Shown here piece by piece: positions 1 through 13,837 of a stretch of DNA of 64,000 nucleotides. A program made the translations under genes and the position numbers. Under the pieces are notes generated by a model that saw only the letters and a list, made by a program, of their open reading frames with translations, made no database searches and had not been told where the DNA came from. The DNA lies in assembly GCA_028023455.1 (NCBI GenBank), contig JAQFVV010000002.1, forward strand, positions 7,378,001 to 7,442,000, in the 5' to 3' direction. The stretch comes from Epiperipatus broadwayi (Eukaryota > Animalia > Onychophora). Numbering within the stretch: the first letter of the stretch is position 1; every line of letters begins with the position of its first letter.

Positions 1-1029
1 TATAGAATATATGTTAGGTTTCAAATTGTCATATTACTATCTTTCCTGAATTTTATTTATTACTTATCTCTATTAAATAGTTTTTGTGTGTGTTGCTGTC
101 TTTATTTTTCCAGTTATCTATTCTTTCAATTTGCAGTGTGTATTACTTAATTTTATCATAGTGCTGTGCTTTGTGGGATTTGTATCTTATCCTAGTAAAA
201 CAATTTAACATTAAATTAGATTAAACATATTTATCTACATTTACTCTTGTTCACAGTCATAGTTCCTTGGGTCCTTGTGATTCCAAGCTACTTCATGAGA
301 AATAACCCTAATATATATGAATGTAGAAATATATGTTTGTGTTTGGATATCCAGATAGTTATCTGGATGGCACAAAGATTAAGATCACTTTTAAAGTTCA
401 TACATTGCAATATATTTATAAAGATTTAAAATTAATTTTTTGTTGGTAAGTACATTCAGATACCATATGGTTAAAACATTGATGATGATCAGAATATATT
501 ATAATTCTAGCATTTCTATTCTGATAGATATTTTAGAATAGATGTGTGTGCAGATGAAATTTTAATATTGCTTTATATCTCTAATTTTGATATTGGCTAG
601 ATAATTAGCATACATTTTGGCAGCATATTTAGATGGAGTCACAAATGATGACTGGTGATTATTTTTATTTAATGCTAGTAATGTAACTTTTTATTAGAAT
701 CACTACTTCTTTTATTCCATGCTGATTCTCTTATGTTCCTTTTATATCGGTTGATAATTATTCAGTAGGATGGTGATGTCCATTATCCCACTTTGCCACA
801 TGTCCGTACCATAAAAATTTTATTCAATTTTATTTTTATTACAAATTTTATCATTAATATATGTATATGTATAAATGTGCTATTTACAAAATTCACAATT
901 ATTAATGTATTATCTTATACACAATAATAAGCATATACAAACTCATATATATATATATATAAAATTATATAATTTAATATTTATAAATACATAAATCAGA
1001 TATATTTTAAAATTTTTATCCACTTAGTA

Positions 1030-1940
1030 GCACTTTTGTCTATCTTTCTAGTCTTTGTCAACTAACACTTTGAAAGGCTAACTTGTTTGCTGCCTGCTTG
1101 TTAATTAAATCATGTTTGTATTTGTATATTAGCAAAGCGTCTTTTTTTGTTGTTATTTTTTTCAATTTGCAATATTTTAATATTGTTGTAATTGAAGTTA
1201 AAACCATAAAAACATGAATTATTATGGTCATGAAAAATGGATGCTGCAACATTATTATGTACTTTGCAATTTTGATTTGATTTCTGAACTCTTTTTAACA
1301 ACAGCAAGTGCTCTTTAGTTCTTTTTTCCAATGTACATCTTGATTCACCTATACATCCACTACCACACCTACATATCTATTTATAAATGATACAATTTTT
1401 ATTTATAAATGCCATTTTATCTTTAGAATTATTTATTAATTTGTTTAATGTAGGAGGTGTGTAAAATGAAATATCACATACACCTTTAAAAATCTTCCTT
1501 ATAAATTTACTTAATATGGTATTGATATCCACATTTTTTTTATTAGCAGGAGGATCAATATTTTTATTAAAATTTTTATTCTTATATCTCATATTAAAAT
1601 CTTTAATAATATTATATATATGATTATAAGTGTAACCAACATTTAAAAATTCATTCGAATATATTTCAATATTTTTGCCTTTACCCGATAAATATTTGCA
1701 TAGACTATAATAATTCAAAGGCTATAATAATTCATGTATTTAAGGTTTTAACTTCAGTTACAACAGTATTAAAATATTGCAAAGTGAAAAAAATAACAAC
1801 AAAAGTAAAATAAAGAGAAGCTATGTTAATATACAAATACAAACATGACTTAATTAACAGGCAGCAAATGTTAAGATCATGGAATTGTGGGAAGATTAAC
1901 TTTTCAAAGTGTTAGTTGACAAAGACTACAAGGATAGCAT
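1030..1940 (-). mobile_element. 5'-truncated Penelope-like element (PLE) with inverted pseudo-LTR
   Basis: The GIY-YIG coding fragment lies on the minus strand. 1045-1225 is an imperfect reverse complement of 1725-1935, the tail-out inverted pLTR layout typical of PLEs. A decayed hammerhead-like motif (ttgacaa-agacta-gaaaga-tagac-aaaag) lies on the minus strand at 1033-1061. Confidence 0.85.
1110..1718 (-). pseudogene. PLE RT-linker plus GIY-YIG endonuclease fragment
   Basis: ORFs 1377..1718 and 1110..1331 are in one frame, interrupted only by the stop at 1377-1379. The joined peptide ...FYTPPTLNKLINNSKDK...NCIIYK*ICRCGSGCIGESRCTLEKRTKEH matches the PLE pattern VVYKIxC..C...YIGET.R.L..R.KEH. 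Confidence 0.85.
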
Positions 1941-2499
1941 TTTTCATGCTTTAATGGTTTCTGGTAGACTTTCTTTTTTTACACACTATGAAGTGGAAGT
2001 TAATCAAGCTATGGATAAGAAAATATATTGTTCTTATTTCCAAATAAACATAGCTATATTTCCTGATTAACTGGCCTACTAATTATTACGATGAATTGCC
2101 GACAAAGTTAGTGTTAAGTTATAAGAGGTGCCATAGCATATAGACTCCTACTTTCTCATATCCCATAATTTTGATGCAAGTAACTAAAAGAACAGGATTA
2201 TGATTTTCCGTAACTTTATTTTTTTAGAGTATATTATTCCCGGGGCTTAATCATCAATTATTGGCAAAGGTAAATTATACACTGAAATCCTAATAAACTA
2301 ACATTAATAAATTTAATAACTATCACTAATAATGCACACTGAATAATTAATATTAGAAATAAATAGTTTTATTCTAACAAATTAAAATATCAAAAACACA
2401 AATTACTAATAAGTTGGAAAGAATACATGCATGCTAATCCAGATATTAATCAATTAATTAAAACAGTTCATATTACACTTAGATTTCTTAGGTAAACAA

Positions 2500-3130
2500 A
2501 AGTCTCTTGAATAATAAAATTTAATGTCTCTACCAGGATTATATTATAAGCTTATTGGAGAGTGTTTTGCAAATGCTTAATTTAGTCACAATTGGGAACA
2601 GTTAATCTTAGCTTACTGGTAAGTTTAGCGAGTTTACAAAGATTGTTGATTACCATGTATAGACTTTGATGAGGTAGAATAATCTTGTGGCCATTGTTTT
2701 AACTTGTTTTTAGTCCATCCTAAAGGCTAGTCATAAAAGCTTTTCTGCAGTTGATGGTCTTCATGATAAACAATGTCAAAAGCTTCGATCCACTCCAGCA
2801 TGAAGCATTATTTCAGCATAGAGTGGTCCTGGATCTTTCATGATCCAGAACTAGCCAAAAGAAAAAACAGACAAGACCTTGATCCAACTGGTTTCTTCCT
2901 TTTATATTCCTGATCCAGTTTTCAGACTTCTGCACATACTTTTGTCTTTATGACCCTTCAGTTTATAATCTAATACATTTATTTTGTATTTTTCTGTTAT
3001 AAAGTTCTCCTTTTTATAAAGTCTTTCTGCCATCTTTAATTAGCTTCCAAAAAGTTTTTACTGATTGTGATCTGCATGTGGAATTATTTCTTTTAGTTTA
3101 TCTAGATTAGTAATCTGCGTGTTTTATTCT
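2500..3130 (-). mobile_element. Highly decayed non-LTR (CR1/L2-like) RT fragment
   Basis: Minus-strand remnants such as 'EAFDIVYH' resemble KAFD.V.H, with many stops and frameshifts. Confidence 0.3.
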
Positions 3131-4649
3131 TTCCAATTTTAACTTCTACTTTTAATTACATAAAAAAAATATGAACAAAAAATTTAACTCTCATGGTACA
3201 TTTGAAAAAAAAATTACACAAACAAAAAATTTTTTTTAAATGCGTTAATTTAAAAGATCTTTAAATTTACCCTTTTTTAGCTTTTAACAAATGCCAATAT
3301 ATTTGTACCATATATAAATAAATGGTACAATATATATATATATTCAAAAAATACATTCAAAAAATATATGTAAGAAAATGAAATGATGTTTGCAACATTC
3401 AAAATCCAATGTGGTTCACATTAAATATAACAAACACCTTGGTAATGATGATCAAAATACCATTAGGTTACTGAAAGTTAAATTCAGTATAATTACTTCA
3501 AAAACATTTTTTTATTTCTTTTTAGATCCAATTTAAATCTTTGATTAACATCATTTTAATGTATTTTCATTATACCAGCATGTCCTCCAGTGAATATCAT
3601 GACTTTTCAAATTTAGTGTAAATTGTGTGTGTGTTTAAAATGAGTTCAAATAAAAAAACTAACTAAATTTGATAATAAAACAATTAGCAATTTATTTACA
3701 GTATTATAAAATAAAGACCTGCAGTTTTTATAATTGGTTGCTTTTTTAAAGACTTAATGTAAATTAAACAAAACATTTTAATATTATACAAATAAAAAAA
3801 TTTGAATTTTAATAATATAAATTAAAATTGAGATTGTTAAGTATACCTGTTATATTTGATAGTATTAAGGTGCAAATATATATTTATTGAAATGCCCTCT
3901 GAATAAAAAAATATTTTTTTAGTATTGTAATAGTTTTTTTTTAGCTTTATTAACAGTTACTGTTTATTAATGTTGGAATACAAAAATTCTGGCCATCTTC
4001 ATAATATTTTTTTTATTAAATATAATATTTGTAATACTTTTTGATTGGTTGTTTTAATAATTTTTTTAAAGATTTAATGTAAATATATTTTATTAAACAT
4101 TTTAAATTAAACATTGCTAAATATGTCATTCATCTTAACTAAATTAGAGGATTGATAGACCATGAAAGCATGACATATCTTAATGCTGAATTATGAACCA
4201 GCATTTGTGGCTGCATCTGAAACTGACTGGGAACTTTTACTGTGAAGTATATACTATATCTCTGTAGTTAAAAGCAATCATACTGATTTTTCCCCAGCAT
4301 TTATTATTTAATGGTGGAATTACTTTTTCATATCAACATAGTGGTTGTGAATTTCACAAATACAAAATAATAAATTTAATAATTTGTCACAAATATTAAA
4401 TTTAAAGGTACTGGTGGATAAATATAAACCTATCCTAATATTAATTTTAAGGTCTTATATTCAAATATAAAGTAAGATCTTATTAGATAATATTTTAAAC
4501 CAAGGTTTTTATCAACATTGTAAGCTTATTTTCTACATATGTGCCCAGCTTTAATAATATTCATTATCAATTTGATCTTGATTTTAATTATTCTCTTTGG
4601 ATGTTGATGATGATAAACAATAGATATAGGTATCACTAGAGGAAAATAC

Positions 4650-5190
4650 ATAGTTGGTACTGTTACAGAGCTGTCTTCTTTCTTATGGCATAGTTTTTTA
4701 TGAGTAGCCAGATTTGTATTCTATACATAATTAATGTTCATATCTGGATAAAATTGCATAGCTCCTAGATTTTGATAGATGTACCTTGGGTTGTTTTAGC
4801 TACCCATGATAAATAATCTTTGGTAGATAATATTGTCATATATTGCTGAGGTGAATATAGTATTTAAAAATACTTTTTTAAGAGAGTCAGCATTCTAAAG
4901 CTATATGAAACTATTCCAAGGGACATAATTTATTTAGCTGATTTAATTTTCAACAAGTAATTTTGTATCAGCATTTTCTCTCTCCTCCACTGCTGACATT
5001 TTGATTCAAGACTAAATTACTAGTGCTTTTTGCAGACCAAGTTATATCTTAGCTCTCATAGAAAGTATATCATATCTCATTTTTTTAAGTCTTTAATGGT
5101 ATCCATTTTGATAAACATGTTTATAGCACTTAACATATGATTGACTCTGTATTAGTTTATATCAGAATAATGTTTACAAGACATCTTTTT
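4650..5190 (-). mobile_element. Highly decayed LINE apurinic-endonuclease fragment
   Basis: Minus-strand 'LKKMRYDILSM' resembles the EM.RY.IDILG.SE motif at the start of RTE-type endonucleases. Otherwise heavily degraded. Confidence 0.3.
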
Positions 5191-8100
5191 CAGATTTACT
5201 AACCAGATTTAATATAATTATTCAAAACATTTTTTTTACATTTTACATTCAGATAATTTTTTTACAAATAATTACAAAATAGAAAGAAAGAAAAAAAATT
5301 ATGATGGAACTTTGAAATTTTTTGTCAGCATTTTTAATTGTAATGCTTTATAATTTTTAATAGCATATTTAGATTTGCCATCAGATTTACTAAAAGAAAA
5401 TGGTAAATTATTTTTAAGTCTCTTTCAGCAGACAAATCTAAAAGGTCATAGAATGTAGTATATTTTCTTAAACAATGCAATTTATTTGTGTGCAGTGAAA
5501 ACAAATTAATTTTTCTTTCTTCTCTTACACTACGCAAGTCATCAGTTTATTATAATTTTACAAAATACATTTCTTTTACAAAATATTTAATTATTATTAA
5601 CTCTATACATCAATATTTTTAAATTTTTTAAACCAATCTAATTAAGTTACACATATATATTATGTTTGCATATACACCCATCATTCTATAAGATTTACAA
5701 ATCAGTATTTTTTTTGTTAAGTGTCTTTAATAATTTTATGCCAATGAAGATATTTAATACAAATAACTAAGTGCATTTGAATTTATATTGCTACCATTTT
5801 TTCCCTGTTAACATAAATTCTATATAACACTACATCTTTTATTTCTCACTTATGTCTATTCATATTCATAATTAAACTTCAGTTTATTTCATTATTATTA
5901 AATTTCTGTTTTCATCATTACAATAATTATTATTTTACCAATGTAGCAATAAATAACTAAATTTAGAAAATATCAATTATTTTACTGTTCAGAGAATTGA
6001 CTCATTTTCAATTATTAAAAGAATGAATATGATCCTTTAATTCTAGAATGCATAAAAAATTCAGCTATAGAACATTAAGATGTACAATGAAACAAGTATG
6101 TAAAAGGATTACCTGTTTTAATATTATTTAAATATCCACAAATCATCAATATTCAAATATAATATCAATATATGAAGCTTTGATCACTAGAATTTCTGAT
6201 ATTTAGAGGCTGTTAAATACAATCTTTGAAAGTTAAACATTGCTCTTTTTTGAGTGTTAGAGGCTGATAAATGCAACAAACATTTGGATATTTTTTTTTT
6301 GAGGCATACAAGTAGGTGACTAGACTACATGGAAAAATATATAGTTGGAACATAATGAGATATAAACACTCCAGGAAGTCACATGACAGCATAGTGTCAC
6401 ATGCACAAGAGCAAATTGCTATTCATCATTAGAAGTTGTCAACATATCTAAACAAACTTTAACAATAATTTTTTTTCAGTCTCTTCAGAACCAATATAAT
6501 TGTTTTTTATTCATAAATCAATATATTATTTATACTTTCATCATATTTTTATTTACATTATTTTTTATCAATGCCATTCTTTAAATTAATATTTCTTTAT
6601 TGACCTATATGGTTTTACAATTTAAGCATTATATCAACCTTTTATATTATTACCACCCTGTAACAAGAAAGCATTTTGTTATGTTCTTTTATAATTTCAT
6701 AAGGTTGTTCAGAAAGAATTTTAAATTTTTTAAGAATATGCTGTTCAGTTAGACTGACATTAGATGCCTTCACAAAAATTTTATCACTACAATGAATGGG
6801 TAAGGGCTTGACATTGTCTTATGATTTTTTAAATCCTGATTGCATATCTAACAATAAGCCTTGCTTTGATATAACTTTATATCAATATCTTATGATTTAA
6901 TTTTTAATGGAGTTTTTATTAGGTTTGGTGCAGATTTTCTTAAATGAAAGTAGATGGGATCTAATTCAAGTGATTCATTTCTGGTTCAGTTAATGTAACT
7001 CACTGCCCAACATTAATCCTCTCATATGAGTTGGATTACAGATGGAATTCAATATATGTTTTTTTTTTTTGGTTTTAGACTTGCAATTCTGCTTACATGA
7101 ATGAAAGTTTACAATCCATTATGATACTTTGAGGTTTTACTAAAATTATAATGTACTGTTTTTTCATTTTTGATGGTGTTTTTGCATTAGCTTAAATGTT
7201 AGACACTACAAACTTCAAAAAGACATTATAAATTGTCATCAATATGGTAATGGAGTCTAGTAATCCATCACACACAATTTATTAGGTGTCTTAGGTAATA
7301 CAGAATGCAATGCATCTACATATAATTTATTAGAAGGCATGGACTTCAGGCACACTTCTCAATTATCCAATGCAGAGATTATATTACAGTACATTCTCAA
7401 TCAGTGAAACAACTTATATCATAAATATTTCACTTTCTGAGTACTCAAGTGTCCATTTAAACAGTGCATATGATTAATTAAATATTTCCTAATCCCATAG
7501 GGTACTGATATTCTCCATAAATTTCCTTTACCTTAATACTCCAATATCTCATTCCTAATTTACTATCAAGATTCGATCTTCTGCCTCTTACAAATATCAT
7601 ATGACATTACTAATCCCTCTTGAAGAAGGCAAATTATTCATTTTTTGTTACATTTATTTAATTTTTTTTTCATTAATACATACAAAATTTCAATAGTAAA
7701 TGTGCCTGATTTTTCCTCTTAAGGCTTTTTCGTTATCTGAATTGATTTTTATTCATTCAGCTTTGGTTTTGTTAGCTGTCCAATGTAATGTGTTACTGAT
7801 TGTTCCATGTTTAATTGTGCTTTCATCCTTTTCAATTTTAGTCTTAACAAAAATATCAAGCATGAATTTTAAATAGTTGTTTTAAGCTATTATTATTGTA
7901 CAAAAAAAAATATTTGCTTGTTTTTGCTTTTGTTAAAATAACTTTTAAAAAATGTATTTCAATTTTTAAGCTTAAAATATGCTTTAAATGCTATATTACT
8001 TTTATGTATTCAAATTTTTTGTTAGTTGATATACTTGATAAATTTGGATTGTGTCTATTCTAATTATTGGTCTTGAAATAAATATAGTACAATTCTAAGT

Positions 8101-8945
8101 ATGTATTTAAACTAAATAACTATGCCTTAAGATTTCAAATATAAAATGAATGGTATTTTTTAGCTCTTTCCATTTTTATATACTTCATAACATAAAAATC
8201 CAAATGACTAACATTAAATATCTATATCCACAACAAGTTTCTTACTTGGTCCTCAAATTATGTTTTCTTCTTGGATCCACTTATTAAAAATAAAGAGAGC
8301 CTTAATTTACAAAAACATTTATCTCTTTACATATAAATTTCAATAAATACAAAAAAATAACTTCCCAATAAACTTAAGAGAATAAGTCATATATCAAAAT
8401 GCAAATTATAAAATATACTATTATATATTAAGATAAATAAATTAATAAATAATCAGATTTTTAAAAAATATTACTTTCACACTTATATAATATAAAACCA
8501 CACAGATGTAAGGTATACATCATATAATGATATATGAAATATATAAATTTATCATACTATTTGACTATTTTGGATGATTTCATTCTTGTTGAATTTGAAA
8601 GCTAAATATAATTAGATATATAAAATAAATATAAACATAAAAAATAGTAATAAGTTTTAATTATTTTTTAAAAAATATATAAATAAACTAAGCATTGCTT
8701 TGACTTATGAATAACTAAGATTAATTGTTGAGAGATGATGTGTATAATATTAAATATGATGGCAATGTATATGTTGAGTTGTTTCCATTCCATAAATAGA
8801 CCACAGCAAATTTTTCGAAGATAATGAATCCATTAATAAAATAAACTAATTGTTTCTAAATAGTTCAACAAGTTTTAATAATTAAATGAATAGAGCTCTA
8901 GAATTTTTTTTTAGTTAAATAGAGTAAAATTTCATAATTATAATG

Positions 8946-9309
8946 GACTTGAACACAGACTTTCAAACTCCCCTTAGCTATCCAATCCATATTATATAAC
9001 TGATACACAAGACCACATACATGTGAAAAAGATAAATGATCTCCAATATACATATTTTGTGCAGACCCAGCATTCATCAGTTAGTCTGATCACCATCTCT
9101 CACACATATATACAGTCACTGCTCAGTTTATATTAGGATAGAAAATCTTCAAAGTTTAAATGGACAAACTTCAATTTTTTCCACTCTCCAACTCTTCAGT
9201 CATCACACTGGAGATAATTTATCTTTTTCACATGTATGTGGTCTTGTGTAAAAGTTGTATAAGCTGCACTGGATAGCTGTGGGGAATTTGAAAGTCTGAG
9301 TTCAAGTCT
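8946..9309. repeat. Foldback element with ~100-bp imperfect terminal inverted repeats
   Basis: 8946-9045 (gacttgaacacagactttcaaa...gatctcca) is the reverse complement of 9209-9309 (tggagataatttatc...gagttcaagtc), with a ~165-bp spacer. Confidence 0.8.
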
Positions 9310-12175
9310 TCCTTTAAGTTTAGTATAGACAATATACATATATTTAAATATTAATAAAATTTTATATAAAACAAATGGAATGTCATCACTTACTAATTAT
9401 CGAAAATTTTTCTTATTAGCTGTTGTTGATAAAATATCATTTTAAAATCTTTTGAGAATGATGACTTAGGTAACTGGTTTTTATAGCTAGCTGTTTTTTT
9501 GGTGAAGTAGTTAATTACTGAGGACCTTTTTATCTAAATCTTGAATAATCTTATTCCTTCATTCTTTGATTATTTACAACAGTAAATTTTAGAATACAAT
9601 CCTCATTGCAGTAGTCCATTTTACTAACCTTTAAAAAAAAAATTCTCCCACATATATATGCAAAATCTACTGAATGCCATCTATTCTCATGATAAATTAT
9701 CACTGCTCTTACTTAGTTTTAATGCAAATAATAAAAAATCTTAATGCTTTATTAAAATGAAAATATATTAAATGTTATTTTAAATTATTAAATATATAAT
9801 AACAATTTATATCTTAATAAAATAATTTTGAAGAAAGGATTTATCTTTTACAACTATCCTTATTTTTTTATATCTTAAACACACAAAAAAATTTTTATAC
9901 ATGAGTTCAGACTATTATCTTACATTTACAATAGATATATTATAGTTAGAAAGAAAATTAATTACATTTTATATAAATATCAGTTTGAATGAAGTAAGAC
10001 ATTATAGATATATCTTATAACAGTAGGGATAAGTGTACCCAAGCTTTTTCTATTACAATATCTCATTAATTAACTAAGATATTAGTTAACTTCTAAATGA
10101 TGAGTTGTGATTCACAACCAGTTTTAAAGAAATCCTCTTCATTAGCTCTTCCAAACATTAACATCACTAATCATAAATTAAAATAATTTTAAAACATTTA
10201 TATTAATCAAATATAATTGGTTTTATTTTATGATTAATGATATTATGATTGGAAAGGCTGAAGAAGGGGGTTTCCCTGAAACTCACTCTATGATCTCTGT
10301 ATTGTTATTGTCCATGATTATTTGAATATTGTATAATATTTTATATAATAATTAAATAATGATCTAATAGAGCATTTGTAATAGTATTACATATATCTCA
10401 TAATGTATTACATGATTGTATTTCATTTAATTGGTGACATTTTTATAATACTAATTATCTATGAAGCTTCACTTGCCTTAGTAAAAAATTACCAAACTTT
10501 TTTAAAAAGTTAAATTTCTGAATTATTTGTTTTAGAATTCTAGTATTTATTATGGTTGTTGATTGCAAATTCTTTAATCCTTGATGAAATATTTGATTTA
10601 TACTTATAACACATGTTGGTGATACTCATTTTTGTACATATTTTCTTTATTATACTTGTCAAGTTTAAGCAGACAATCCCTCAGATGCAATTTTTTTTTA
10701 ATTACTTTTTAAAATAATAGCAGTGTACATAAATAAATGAATAATCAGCCCACCACAATATTTTAAATAATCCTTCAAATATATTATTAGCCTTATATAC
10801 ATAAATTTGAATGTTTGTTTATTTATTGGTTATTTAATATCTCCACAAATATTATGCCAATCTTCTTAAAACACACAATTTTTTTCAGTGTTTGAAAATA
10901 TTACTTTTAGATTATAAAAAATAGGTCACTGTAATTATCCACATCTTTGCTCATGGAAGGATTAAAATTCTCAATTTTTTCAAATAATTAAGGGCTATAA
11001 CCTATGTAATTATCCAAAAAAAGAAAGAAAATCATGCAAGATTCATGTAGTTTGGTGCAATATTTTTTGAGTTATTAAGTAATAAATAATAAAAAAAACT
11101 TTCAGGTTTATGTATATAATAAAGGAAATTAATTTTCTACTTGACTAAAATATATTTCTGTGTGCACTTATTAATTTATAAAAATGGCAAAAATTTAATA
11201 ATTACAAATTTTATAAAGTCAAGAAAATTTACAAATAGATTTATGAAAAAATTTTGTACAAAAAATAAATTTGATTATAATATCAGCTATCTAGAATATA
11301 ATTTTATTGGTGTTTTATTAATTATAAAGAATTTTACATTTAATAGTGGTATATTCTATCATTTGCTATTTAAAAATAAAATAAGTCAAATATGCTTATT
11401 ATAAATAAGATTAAATCCTAGCCTTAATTTTGATTATTAATATTGAAGCGTGATATGAAGAAGAGTTAATTGGAATTAGTCTAGTGAGTCTTAATATTGC
11501 TATAGTTCACAGTTCAGAATTTCACCAATATATAACATTTTACATTGTAGTTAAATTATGAACTAATAGAAGATATTTAAAGTGGACCCATTCATAATAA
11601 GTTTTACTTCTATAATGTACTAATTACACAATTTGTTATACTATAAATTCGACAAAACAAAAAGTAACTTAATATTTTTGCTCAATGATAATTGAAGAAA
11701 AAAAATCTGTTTATAAACCAGCTAGTCCAAAATTTTGCTTATCTACTCATTTTTAACATGTATGTCACAATAGTAATGAGATTTGTTTAAAAAATAAATA
11801 AATAAATATAATAATAATGCATTAAGAAAAAGATCGAATTTAATGAGATAATTGTTTTAATTAAATCTCTCTCAAACACTTTCAGTTATAACATTTTAAG
11901 ATTATCACTATTGTATTGTCACTGAAGATTATGGTATCATGACCAAAGCATTTATCTATTATTTTCATCATTTGTGTTCGAGTCTGGGATATATATATTT
12001 GACTTTTTTTTCAGATAACTAACAGATTGAATTATTTTTTTTTAGATAAGACCAATCTAGCTAGTTATCTAATAGACCAACTAATTTTAGTTAAGTAGTA
12101 AAGGTTCTATGTTAATATAGTTTGATTAGATGAGTGCCACTGAGATAAATATAATAATAAAAAATATGATCAAGT

Positions 12176-12222
12176 TTATAGCTCTGAAGAAGATTGCTGG
12201 TGAATTGAAACTATAAGGTTGT
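12176..12222 (+). ncRNA. Decayed hammerhead-like motif (PLE pLTR remnant)
   Basis: agct-ctgaaga-agattgctggtgaatt-gaaac-tataag resembles the motif at 24685-24715 on the minus strand. Stems are imperfect, and aataaa follows. Confidence 0.4.
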
Positions 12223-13539
12223 TTAATTTTAATAAAATAAGCTTTGAAATAGTGTTAAGAAAGGTGGATTTGCTTATTTGTCTATAATTTTATCAATGCA
12301 TAAAGAAGGATAAGTTGATAATTCCTTGTAAAAAATGTGATCACAACAAAATAGATGAAAACAGATGGTCATGTTTGTATGATGAGCACTGAGCCCAAGC
12401 ATATATAAAAATGTATTACATAAAGGTTTTTATTACAGATAGTAAAAAACTTCAATTTAGATTCATATATTCATATAAAAACAAAAATAAGACAAAATAG
12501 AAACCATTAGATTACATTTCCATTTAAATCAAAACTATAAAATTTAATCAAAATGTATTATTTATATATGTGTGTGTGCACACACATGTGTGTAAATATC
12601 AAATTTTAATTGGAATGTATGATAATATTTTAACACTATAAAACAAAAAATAATTCACCATCATTACTTTCAGCCATTATCAACCTAATGCAAGATTCTT
12701 TTCTATATTATTCTAACTAAACTTATTTAACTTGCCTATTCATTTCTCATATGATTTAATCTAGATCATTTATAATCTTTTGGGATCCAAATTAAGATTT
12801 CAATTATTCATTGTCTTCTAGCATCATATCTAGCCCATTTTTATTTCAGTCTCATCATTCTTTCAATGATGTTATTGATAAATTGTTATTTCAGTCATAT
12901 ATTTTGCTTTTGATCTCTTTTTTTTTTTTACTTCTAATATCTATTTTTTCATATTTTATGTGGCTTGAAATTTCTGCATTCTTTTTTTATTATATATACA
13001 AATCTCAGAACTTTTATGTTAGAAATGATAAAGCACATCTAATAAAGCCCTTCTCTTCGATATTATAAATATACTGACTAAGTACTTCAAATAATATAAG
13101 TGAAAAAAAGCTTATCTATATATTCAATATTAATAAACAGTAAAAAACACAAAAATATAAAGTTGATAAAAATTTACAAAAATATTTATGTCTAAATTGC
13201 TGTTTATTGTAACAACAATAATACAATTTGCTTTATATATATTCCATTACAATCAAAGGTAACAAATGTGAATTAAAATGTTTAAATAATTACTATACTT
13301 GCATTATTATTACTGCTTGTCACACAAGTAAAAAAAAATCTAAAGTAGATTTCACACATATCATCTATTTATAAAATTATATAAAAAGTTATTATACAAA
13401 CATCTTCGCTAATGTATGTTAAACTTCCTGACATTATGTGACACATTTACTTGCTAACACTTGTTTCTTTCTTTTTACTTTCACCACCCTCTTACCTGTA
13501 ATATATCCAAGTCTAGCACCCTTCATAAGTGGTATCAAT

Positions 13540-13700
13540 TGCATTGAGAAAAAATAATTTAAACTTTCAGAATTTGTTTTTAATTGTACTTTTTTGCTTT
13601 TACCTGATAATTTTTGTATTTTTTTTTGCCAAAATGGCTGCATCATCTACAAAATTTAGATAGTTTAAATATCTTCTATTAGCTTTAATTCACACAATGT
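13540..13700 (-). mobile_element. Short decayed LINE RT fragment
   Basis: The minus strand reads LNYLNFVDDAAILAK, similar to the L.FADD..L.A catalytic motif. Confidence 0.4.
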
Positions 13701-13837
13701 TTCTCATAAAAAGGCTGTAAAATAATTTGGGAGTATCAAATCAACTTGCCGCATATTTTTACTAATATTAAATTTCTTAATATTTTATATAATCTAATTA
13801 TTGGTCTTGTATTTTGATGAATTTTATAGGTTTTTCA

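Noticed and set aside
6700-7450. Possible LTR-retrotransposon pol remnant on the minus strand
   Set aside because: Only an isolated HIDD-like match was seen, too degraded to support a call.
11141-11404. AT-rich ORFs (for example 11141..11404, 12811..13068, 22051..22242, 57920..58111, 62950..63177) as genes
   Set aside because: Their I/K/N/F/L-biased composition is expected by chance in AT-rich DNA, with no motifs or convincing splice context.
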